Virus record (IMG/VR): IMGVR_UViG_3300020200_000168
Location: 1-24,740 of that record
DNA: 24,740 nt
Strand: one strand, 5' to 3'
Origin: a virus
Lineage: Duplodnaviria > Caudoviricetes
Part shown: piece by piece, positions 16,528 to 22,795 of the stretch
How the letters are laid out: every line of letters starts with the position of its first letter
How positions within the stretch are numbered: the first letter of the stretch is position 1
Made by a program: the position numbers and the translations under genes
The notes under the pieces: generated by a model
Told to the model about the DNA's origin: nothing
The model's input: the letters and a program-made list of their open reading frames with translations, nothing else
Databases searched by the model: none

Positions 16528-17586
16528 TCACCGCAAGAGCGGCATGGTTTTGAGCACCGCGCTCAGCCCGTCATCGTCGCCCGACCTCAACCGCTGCATG
16601 GCAGCGGCCTTTTCCGAATCAGAACTGTGGGGCCTTGGGGCCGCGCCCGCGCCTGGAGGCTTGGGCACCGGCTTGGAGGCGCCGTTGAGCCGCGCCGTGG
16701 CTGCGGCCGTGTCGTCCGCCTTGAGGGCGAGCAACCCGCGCACGAAGATGGCGCCGGCCATTTTCCAATGGGCGAGCCGCTTGATCTCCGGCAGCGTTTC
16801 GAGCACGGCGTTGAACTGCTGGAACTCCGCGCTCTTGTTGTCCTTGAGCCACGGGAACTGGGCCTCGGCCTTGCGGTTGAAGTCCGCCTCGGTGCGTTTC
16901 CACGTGTCGCGCGCCTGCCGCTCCTCGAACGAAGCCTTGGCGCGGAGCGCGTTGGCGTCGTCCCGTGCGGCTTCGAGCGCGGCCCGCAAGGTCTCCGGTT
17001 CGTAATCCGGCACCTGCACCTTGGCCTGGTTGAACCACTCGGCGGTGCGCTCGGGGTCCTGGTTGAGTTCCCTGAGTTTCTCGCGCACCGTGGCCAGCGC
17101 GCGCTCGGCGATCTCGCGGTCCTTGACCCACGGTTCATCACCGCGGGGGGCTGGACTGGATTCTGCCGGCGGCTTGGCCGCCTTGAGGTCTTCGAGCTCC
17201 TTTCGCGCCGTCTCCAGCGCTTCCTCGGCCGCCTTGCGCCGGGCCACTTCCTTGCCGATGCGGCGCTCGAACTTGTCGGCGCCCTTGGGCTCGTCGTGAT
17301 CCGGGCCGGGCTCCGAGTCGCCCTGCTCCTGGTCCTGATTCAGTTTTGAAGGATCGTCCGTCGATTCGGCGACTTCGCCCGGTTGCCCGGTGTCCGTCGT
17401 TTCGCCCCCTGCGTCTGCCTGCGGGGCCGCGTCGCCTTCCGGCTTGGCGATGCCCAGCAAGCGGGCCAGGGCGCCCGTCAACTGCGCTTTCTGCGTTGCG
17501 TCTGCCGCAGCGTTTTGAGCCGGCTGCGCGGCCACCGTGGTTTCGGCTTGCGCCGGGGCTTGTCCACCGCCCCCTTGAGAGTTCAT
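16528..17586 (-). CDS. Capsid scaffolding protein, 352 aa
   Basis: The likely start is the ATG at 17586 (MNSQGGGGQ...). Acidic disordered N-terminus, KFERRIGKEVARRKAAEE coiled coil and Pro-rich C-terminal tail; immediately precedes the capsid gene. Confidence 0.8.
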   Translation of the reverse strand: MNSQGGGGQAPAQAETTVAAQPAQNAAADATQKAQLTGALARLLGIAKPEGDAAPQADAGGETTDTGQPGEVAESTDDPSKLNQDQEQGDSEPGPDHDEPKGADKFERRIGKEVARRKAAEEALETARKELEDLKAAKPPAESSPAPRGDEPWVKDREIAERALATVREKLRELNQDPERTAEWFNQAKVQVPDYEPETLRAALEAARDDANALRAKASFEERQARDTWKRTEADFNRKAEAQFPWLKDNKSAEFQQFNAVLETLPEIKRLAHWKMAGAIFVRGLLALKADDTAAATARLNGASKPVPKPPGAGAAPRPHSSDSEKAAAMQRLRSGDDDGLSAVLKTMPLLR

Positions 17587-17730
17587 TCGGGTCAGCGCGT
17601 TTGGAGGAGCCGCGCAGACGCTCCATGGGCCAGTGTTCACGCGCCTCGCGGCGCACCGCCCAACACAGAACGGCGGTGATTGCGCCTGATGAAAAGCACG
17701 AGGCGGGCGTGGTGTAAACAGACCTCCTTC

Positions 17731-17770
17731 TACAACCGTCCAAAACCGACCAAAACAGGCCAAACTTTCT
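17731..17770. promoter_or_regulatory. Phased 10-bp direct repeats upstream of the structural operon
   Basis: tacaaccgtc-caaaaccgac-caaaacaggc-caaactttct lies in the ~200-nt intergenic gap ahead of the scaffold gene. Confidence 0.45.
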
Positions 17771-17789
17771 TGAAGAAGAACTGCGGTTA

Positions 17790-17990
17790 CTACACCGGAA
17801 GGCCGATGATCTGGGCGACAACGACTTTTCTGAAGCGCCGGCCCTTGCCGCGACCGACGACAGCGGGGCGGAGCTGGCCATCGCGGGCGGCGGCTTCCTG
17901 GCGGAACGTCTCGATGCTCCATCCCGTGGCGGCAAGCACCTGGGCCCGGCGCAACAGGAACGGCAGACGTTGAAACTCGGCGGCGGTCAT
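17790..17990 (-). CDS. AlpA/excisionase-like small HTH DNA-binding protein, 66 aa
   Basis: FLLRRAQVLAATGWSIETFR...GRRFRKVVV matches the AlpA/MerR-like winged-helix pattern. Confidence 0.7.
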   Translation of the reverse strand: MTAAEFQRLPFLLRRAQVLAATGWSIETFRQEAAARDGQLRPAVVGRGKGRRFRKVVVAQIIGLPV

Positions 17991-18229
17991 GGGTTGGTGC
18001 CGCGGGCTTTGTCGCGGAGGGTGGTGAGGGCGCGCCAGAACTCGCGCACGCCGCCGACCTTGCCGGCGAGCTGGAGTTTCTCATCGCCGCCCACGCGCTC
18101 GTCCTCGATCGCGTCGAGCAGTTGGTCAAGCACGGCGTCCTTGACGGCGGCGAGCGCGCGCCACTGGGGCGATTCATCGGGCAGCGAGGCGAGGGCCTCG
18201 AGCACGAGGCGTTCGGTCTGGGGGTTCAT
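17987..18229 (-). CDS. Small helical phage protein, 80 aa (resembles the small gene usually found between portal and scaffold)
   Basis: MNPQTERLVLEALASL...QLAGKVGGVREFWRAL; ATGA overlap with the next gene. Confidence 0.6.
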   Translation of the reverse strand: MNPQTERLVLEALASLPDESPQWRALAAVKDAVLDQLLDAIEDERVGGDEKLQLAGKVGGVREFWRALTTLRDKARGTNP

Positions 18230-18231
18230 GG

Positions 18232-18438
18232 TCAGGAGGGGTTGGGGGTGGAGTCGGTCGGGGCGGGTTCGGCGGCCTCGGCGTGGAGCTGGTCGCGGTG
18301 GACCCAGACGCGGACGCCATCGGCGACGCGGACGGCGCGGTGAAAGCCCGGGACGTCTGCCGGCTCGATCGCGGTGATCTCGAAGGCGGGCCCTTCGCGC
18401 TGCTGGTAGAACCATCGGGCCGTCGGGGTCGGGGTCAT
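18232..18438 (-). CDS. Hypothetical protein, 68 aa
   Basis: Fills the gap between the attI-like site and the next gene, with phage-like codon usage. Confidence 0.55.
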   Translation of the reverse strand: MTPTPTARWFYQQREGPAFEITAIEPADVPGFHRAVRVADGVRVWVHRDQLHAEAAEPAPTDSTPNPS

Positions 18439-18450
18439 GAGGTGTTGCGT

Positions 18451-18497
18451 GTATATTGCACAACCGCGGCAGGGTGTCGTATATTCAACTGTTATGC
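18451..18497 (+). other. attI-like integron recombination site (or secondary GTT insertion site)
   Basis: CGTATAT-TCAACT-GTTATGC core (GTT at 18491) with no attC-type hairpin upstream; GTATATT is directly repeated at 18451 and 18479. Confidence 0.55.
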
Positions 18498-19093
18498 GCC
18501 TCGCCGTTGCGCGTGTTCGTGTCCATCTGCCAGCGGTTCTTCACTTCGAGCATCACCGGCGAGTGTGTCCGCTTTTCGTTGAGATGGTCATCTTTACGCC
18601 AGCCATCCTTGACCGGCTTCGTTTGCCCGACGATGCGCCAGCCTGTCCCTCGCAGACTCGCGCCGGATTCGGTTTGGAGCGTGTAGGTTATCAGACGTTG
18701 CCCGCCCATCGCCCGCCACGCCCGCCAGCAGGCTTGGTAGAGCATCGAACACGCGCCTTTCGGGGCGGTTTCGATTGTGCAGACCCGCAGCACTTCGGCC
18801 GTCCATCCGTCCATCAGCGTTGCCGAGAGCGGATTGCCCACTATTGCCACTCCGACCAGCTTCCCGTCGCACGCCAGGCCACACGACCACTTGCCGCCGT
18901 TGCGGGCCGTTCGCCCATTGTGCCGGTGGTAGGCTGCCACGAAGTCGTTGGCTTTCCTCAGAGTCATCGGCACGAGGTATGGTTTTCCAGATTCGACCGG
19001 CGCATAACCAGGCGCTGCACTGAACGCCTGCCCCGCTTCTCCGTTTCGGGGCGGCGCTTCAAGTCCTGGCAGCGTTGTGTCGGCGTGAGTCAT
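18485..19093 (-). CDS. XF1762-family / Mom-like GNAT-fold putative DNA modification protein, 202 aa
   Basis: Motifs LVPMTLRKANDFVAAYHRH, LVGVAIVGNP, AEVLRVCT, ACSMLYQACWRA, RLITYTLQTESGASLRGTGW and K.RW. Confidence 0.85.
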   Translation of the reverse strand: MTHADTTLPGLEAPPRNGEAGQAFSAAPGYAPVESGKPYLVPMTLRKANDFVAAYHRHNGRTARNGGKWSCGLACDGKLVGVAIVGNPLSATLMDGWTAEVLRVCTIETAPKGACSMLYQACWRAWRAMGGQRLITYTLQTESGASLRGTGWRIVGQTKPVKDGWRKDDHLNEKRTHSPVMLEVKNRWQMDTNTRNGEAHNS

Positions 19094-19122
19094 GGTCGGG
19101 CAGGCGTCAGTGAGCTTTCTCG
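18492..19122 (+). mobile_element. Integron-type gene cassette carrying the Mom-like gene in antisense orientation
   Basis: Begins G^TTATGCGCC (18491-18500) and ends in an attC whose R'' side, GGCGCATAAC (18999-19008), is the exact 10-nt reverse complement. This is the signature expected of an integrated circular cassette. Confidence 0.8.
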
Positions 19123-19128
19123 TTAGAC
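19002..19128 (+). other. attC site, 127 bp
   Basis: R'' GCATAAC, 5-nt spacer, L'' GCTGCACT ... L' AGTGAGC, 6-nt spacer, R' GTTAGAC. The arms GCTGCACTGAACGCCTGCCCCG and CGGGCAGGCGTCAGTGAGC pair with extrahelical bases at the canonical positions. Confidence 0.85.
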
Positions 19129-19157
19129 GGCTTCATAAAGCCTTTGGTAATTCGCAC

Positions 19158-19181
19158 GGTCGCTCACCCGGAGCGTTAGCC
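19158..19181 (+). other. Right half of a second, truncated attC site
   Basis: GGTC-GCTCACC (L'), CGGAGC (6-nt spacer), GTTAGCC (R'); no matching left arm in 19129-19157. Confidence 0.6.
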
Positions 19182-19182
19182 G

Positions 19183-19755
19183 TCAGCGTTCGCTCTCGAT
19201 TTGCGCGAGCAGGCGAGCCAGGTCGCCAGTGGTGAATTTGCACGATTGCATTACGACTACGGTTTTACCTACGATTCGATACGGCAGGTTTCCACTCGCA
19301 GGCACAGCTTCCTCGGTGGTTTTCTTGTCCTCGATCCACGCTCGCTGTTCGGCGATTGTCCGGAGCCGGGCCCCAGAGAAGACTTGGGCGGCCTGTGCCG
19401 GTGTCAAATTTCGCACGTCCATTTCGAGGGTTTCGCCGCCTGACACAAGCAGCGTCACCGGCGCGCTCGCGTGCTTCTTTTGGAGTTCGTAGGGCAGCCG
19501 GCGCAGGCGGCGGACGCCGGGGGAGTCATTTAGAAGCAGGTTGGGGTAGAGTTGTTGCCGCCCGATCTGTTCAAAGCGATAGACGGTTTCGGGCGATATG
19601 TCTTTGCATTGGTCGCAGATTTGATCCACGAAGTCGGGATTCTCGTCGATGTTTTGGGCGATGAGCTGGCCCGCCTTGAACCAGCATTCGACGCCTTTGT
19701 TGATGAGGCCGATGATTTCCACGATGTCTGCATTGTTGCGTTTAAGTGTGTTCAT
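19183..19755 (-). CDS. Hypothetical protein, 190 aa (cassette cargo)
   Basis: Start at ATG 19755 (MNTLKRNNADIV..., ATGA overlap). The stop sits 1 nt from the R' box GTTAGCC. The gene is AT-richer than the backbone. Confidence 0.75.
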   Translation of the reverse strand: MNTLKRNNADIVEIIGLINKGVECWFKAGQLIAQNIDENPDFVDQICDQCKDISPETVYRFEQIGRQQLYPNLLLNDSPGVRRLRRLPYELQKKHASAPVTLLVSGGETLEMDVRNLTPAQAAQVFSGARLRTIAEQRAWIEDKKTTEEAVPASGNLPYRIVGKTVVVMQSCKFTTGDLARLLAQIESER

Positions 19756-20192
19756 AGAGTCGTGAGATGTTTTTCTATTTGTGCCGCCGCGTTTGTGGTT
19801 TTGAAGAAGAGGTTTTTGCCAGACCAGTAGCGGTTGCGGGCGCGGTGATGATCCCTGCACCGAAGCGAGCAGTATTTTCTTGATTTGGATTGCGATACGA
19901 TTTCCTTGCCGCAGTATAGGCATTGGCTTTTGTAGCTTTCGACAGTCCATTCGGCGGCGCACCGATTCCGACAGACATAGCCGCCACACATACTTTCTTC
20001 TTTTACTTTGCCGCCACAAACCTCGCATGGCTTTAGGTCTTTTAGTATCCACGGAATGCCTTCGCCTTCCAGGCATTCGTCACTGCATACGCAGTGCGAG
20101 TATGTGCGTGCTTGGAATGGTTTTCCGCAACCCGTGCAAGTTCGGGTTTTGGATGGAGCGCAAATCACTGGAGCGAATGGGGGCGTGGTCAT
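19752..20192 (-). CDS. Multi-zinc-finger protein, 146 aa (cassette cargo)
   Basis: Start at ATG 20192. Three Cys4 units: CTGCGKPF..CSDEC, CEVCGG..CRNRC, CLYCGKE..KYCSLRC. Confidence 0.75.
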   Translation of the reverse strand: MTTPPFAPVICAPSKTRTCTGCGKPFQARTYSHCVCSDECLEGEGIPWILKDLKPCEVCGGKVKEESMCGGYVCRNRCAAEWTVESYKSQCLYCGKEIVSQSKSRKYCSLRCRDHHRARNRYWSGKNLFFKTTNAAAQIEKHLTTL

Positions 20193-20596
20193 AGCGGGCG
20201 GTGGGAGGAGGTGCCGAGGCGGCGGTCGAGGTCGGTGTGGAGGTTGGCGGCGTCGCGCTCGGCGAGTTCGGCGCGGATCGTGGCGGTGGCTTCGTTCCAT
20301 GAGATGCCGGGCGAGGTGTTGGCGGGGCCGCGGGCGCCGCAGGAGGCGCACATGACGGCGCCCACGCTCGGGTTCACATGGGGAAGGTCCGGCGGGGGCT
20401 CGGGCAGGAAAGCCGAGGACTCGCCGCAGAAGGGGCAGGGGTTGAGTTTCATGCTAGACTCCGGTGTTGGAACGGGACGGGAAACTTGCAAACCCGGATA
20501 AACACGGATGCCAAGGGCTTGCGGAAGCGGATTTCGGTCTCTGAATCCGTGTCCATCTGTGTTTATCCGTGGTTGAACTGTGGTTTCCAGGTTCAT
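20189..20596 (-). CDS. Lar-like restriction-alleviation zinc-ribbon protein with repeat-derived leader (alternative start 20452)
   Basis: MKLNPCPFCG...VMCASCGARGP...WN is the Lar-family pattern; it is in frame with an upstream ATG at 20596 supplied by the repeat. Confidence 0.7.
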   Translation of the reverse strand: MNLETTVQPRINTDGHGFRDRNPLPQALGIRVYPGLQVSRPVPTPESSMKLNPCPFCGESSAFLPEPPPDLPHVNPSVGAVMCASCGARGPANTSPGISWNEATATIRAELAERDAANLHTDLDRRLGTSSHRPL

Positions 20597-20598
20597 GG
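20480..20598. repeat. Palindromic ACACGGAT-type element, left copy (one 10-nt unit shorter)
   Basis: 20495-20598 matches 20731-20834 at 102/104 nt; both copies share the GGAAACTTGCAA end. Confidence 0.9.
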
Positions 20599-20832
20599 TG
20601 TGATCTCCATCGCGGCGCGGACGAACTCGGCGCCGAGGGGCGCGACAATCGCGTTGCCATAGCCTCTCAGCAGGGCGACGCGACCGGGGAAGGCCGTGGC
20701 GAGCAGGAAACTTGCAACCACGGATGGACACGGATAAACACGGATGCCAAGGGCTTGCGGAAGCGGATTTCGGCCTCTGAATCCGTGTCCATCTGTGTTT
20801 ATCCGTGGTTGAACTGTGGTTTCTAGGTTCAT
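20593..20832 (-). pseudogene. 79-aa ORF: repeat-derived leader fused to the C-terminal remnant of a C5 DNA methyltransferase
   Basis: ...LLATAFPGRVALLRGYGNAIVAPLGAEFVRAAME resembles motif X and the final helix of phage C5-MTases; no other MTase motifs are present. Confidence 0.65.
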
Positions 20833-20834
20833 GG
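20706..20834. repeat. Palindromic ACACGGAT-type element, right (complete) copy
   Basis: Inverted arms 20716-20745 and 20781-20810 are each built of three 10-mers and are 25/30 complementary, enclosing a 35-nt loop. Confidence 0.9.
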
Positions 20835-22412
20835 GTCGTTGGATTCGGGCGGGAGCCATTCGTCGGGCTGGGCGGGTGGGGGCGAGGCGGGTTTGATGCG
20901 TTCGCCTTTGTTGGCTTGCTCGTGGCCGTGGCGGACTTTCCAGGCGTGCCAGTCCTCGAAGCGGAACTGGTTTTTGTGGAAGAGCAGCTCGATCTTGCCG
21001 GTGGCGCCGTCACGGTTTTTGGCCACGAAACCGTTGATGCGCTGCGGAAGTTCGCTCCACTCGACCTGCCGGGTTCCGCCGGAGGTGTAGTGGTCGAAGA
21101 TGAGGTCGGTGTCGTCGGGCGGCGGGTCCTCGCCCTTGCGCGGGCGCTTGCGCTCGGGGAAGTAGAGGAAGAGGACGGCGTCGGAGTCCTGCTCGATGGC
21201 GCCGCAGTCGCGCAGGTCGGACATGACGGGGACGCGATGGCTTTCGGCCTGCTCGATGTTGCGGTTCATCTGGGCGAGGATGATCCACGGGACGTTGAGG
21301 TCTTTCTTGAGCTGGACGAACTGGGCGGAGATGTCGGTGAGTTCCTGGACGCGGTCGATGCGGCCGCTGCGGCGGTCGGGCAGGACGAGCTGAAGGTAGT
21401 CGAGGACGAAGCACTTGACGCCGAACTCGCGGACCATGCGGCGGGCCTTGGCGGCGATCTGGCTGATGGTCTGGCTGGGCTGGGAGTCAAGGGCAATGCG
21501 GGCGCCGGCGACTTGCGGGGCGGTGTTGAGCAGGGCTTGAAGGTCGGCGTTGGACATGAAGCCTTGCTTGAACTTGCCGGCGCTGACCTGGGCTTCGCCA
21601 AAGAGCATGCGGCGGCCAAGGCTCTTGGCGGACATCTCGAGCGAGAAGACGCCGACGGGGATGCCGGTCTGTTTCAGACCCGCCTCGTTGGTATGTTCAT
21701 AGCGAAGGGTAAGGTGGCTGACGATGTTGAGGGCGAGCGTGGTCTTGCCGCTGCCGGGACGGCCGGCGAGGACGACATAGCCATCCTCGGGGATGCCGCC
21801 GAGGACCTTGTCCATGTAATCGAGGCCGGTGGGGAGCCCGTCGATCTGGAGGCCGCCCTTGTGGTAGTGCTCGATGTGGGCGAGGGCGGCTTGGACGGCG
21901 GGGCGGAAGTCCCAGCAGTCTTGCTGGGTGGTGACCTCGGCGGTGGCGCGGTGGACGGTCTCGGCGGCGGCGTTGACGAAGGCGCCGACGTCGGGGCCGG
22001 TGTCGGCGGTCATGGCCTGGGCGCAGACTTTGGAGCACGCGGCGATGACGCGGCGAAGGCGCCACTTGTCGCGGAGGGTGTCGATGAAGAGCGGGAGGCG
22101 GGAGCGCAAGGGCGACTCGTTCATCCACTGGCCAAGGCCGGGGAGGCCGCCGGCGGCGTTGAGGATGTCGGGCGTGGCCTTGAGCGTCTCGTAAATGACG
22201 TGGTAATCGACTGTGCGGCCGTCGCGGGCGATCTTGAGGACGACGTCGAACACGTTGCGGAAGCGGTGGTCGAAGAACCAGTCGGGCGTGGCGCCGGCCT
22301 GGAGGACGACGTCGAGCGCGGCGTGGCCGTCCTGAAGGATGGCGCCGAGGACGGCCTGCTCCGCCTCGGGGGAGTAAGGCGGGAGCGAGTCGGTGGGGGT
22401 GGGAGGGGTCAT
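20829..22412 (-). CDS. dnaB: Replicative DNA helicase, DnaB family, 527 aa
   Basis: PPYSPEAEQAVLGAIL N-domain, Walker A GRPGSGKT, FSLEMS, LDYLQL, AQMNR, SDLRDCGAIEQD and AKNRDGATG. Confidence 0.97.
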   Translation of the reverse strand: MTPPTPTDSLPPYSPEAEQAVLGAILQDGHAALDVVLQAGATPDWFFDHRFRNVFDVVLKIARDGRTVDYHVIYETLKATPDILNAAGGLPGLGQWMNESPLRSRLPLFIDTLRDKWRLRRVIAACSKVCAQAMTADTGPDVGAFVNAAAETVHRATAEVTTQQDCWDFRPAVQAALAHIEHYHKGGLQIDGLPTGLDYMDKVLGGIPEDGYVVLAGRPGSGKTTLALNIVSHLTLRYEHTNEAGLKQTGIPVGVFSLEMSAKSLGRRMLFGEAQVSAGKFKQGFMSNADLQALLNTAPQVAGARIALDSQPSQTISQIAAKARRMVREFGVKCFVLDYLQLVLPDRRSGRIDRVQELTDISAQFVQLKKDLNVPWIILAQMNRNIEQAESHRVPVMSDLRDCGAIEQDSDAVLFLYFPERKRPRKGEDPPPDDTDLIFDHYTSGGTRQVEWSELPQRINGFVAKNRDGATGKIELLFHKNQFRFEDWHAWKVRHGHEQANKGERIKPASPPPAQPDEWLPPESNDP

Positions 22413-22795
22413 GCGAGCGGGGTTCTTCCGTGCTTCGGCGGCACTCTAGCCCACGATGCAAGCGTGACCGCAAGGTGCGTCTGGTTGAGGCGCTCGGATA
22501 CGTGCTTCAACTTTCGGGCCAACCCTTCCAAGTCGGTGATGTGATCGCGCAAGGCAAAGTCCGAGCTCACGAGTTCGGCGAACTCGGCACCCGTGATCTC
22601 GCGCGGGGTGGGTGTGTGGTTCAGGGCGTCGAGCAGCAACCGGGCGTCTCTCAAGGAGAGTGGGTTCCTGAAATCCCGCATCACGATGGCGAATGGTTTG
22701 GTGTCGTGGTAGAGCTCGGAGAGGCAGTGGTTGTAGGACCACACATCCGGCGCTTCGGTGGAGGGTTCGAGTTTCGGACGGCGTATTTTTTTCAT
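22409..22795 (-). CDS. Hypothetical protein, 128 aa
   Basis: ATGA overlaps on both sides, between the initiator and DnaB. Confidence 0.7.
   Translation of the reverse strand: MKKIRRPKLEPSTEAPDVWSYNHCLSELYHDTKPFAIVMRDFRNPLSLRDARLLLDALNHTPTPREITGAEFAELVSSDFALRDHITDLEGLARKLKHVSERLNQTHLAVTLASWARVPPKHGRTPLA

Noticed and set aside
17690-17740. Sigma70-type late promoter
   Set aside because: No convincing -35/-10 pair at correct spacing could be read.
17587-18177. N-terminal extension of the 549-aa ORF
   Set aside because: Overlaps two better genes and the intergenic region; the scaffold-like sequence starts at 17586.
19756-20076. Upstream extension of the 297-aa ORF and of the 199-aa ORF (to 20351)
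   Set aside because: They overlap neighbouring genes; the ATGA-coupled starts at 19755 and 20192 are more plausible.
20480-20834. Repeat pair as a DGR template/variable region or mini-CRISPR
   Set aside because: Only two substitutions, in opposite directions, with no reverse transcriptase and no C-terminal target. The unit is too long for a CRISPR repeat.
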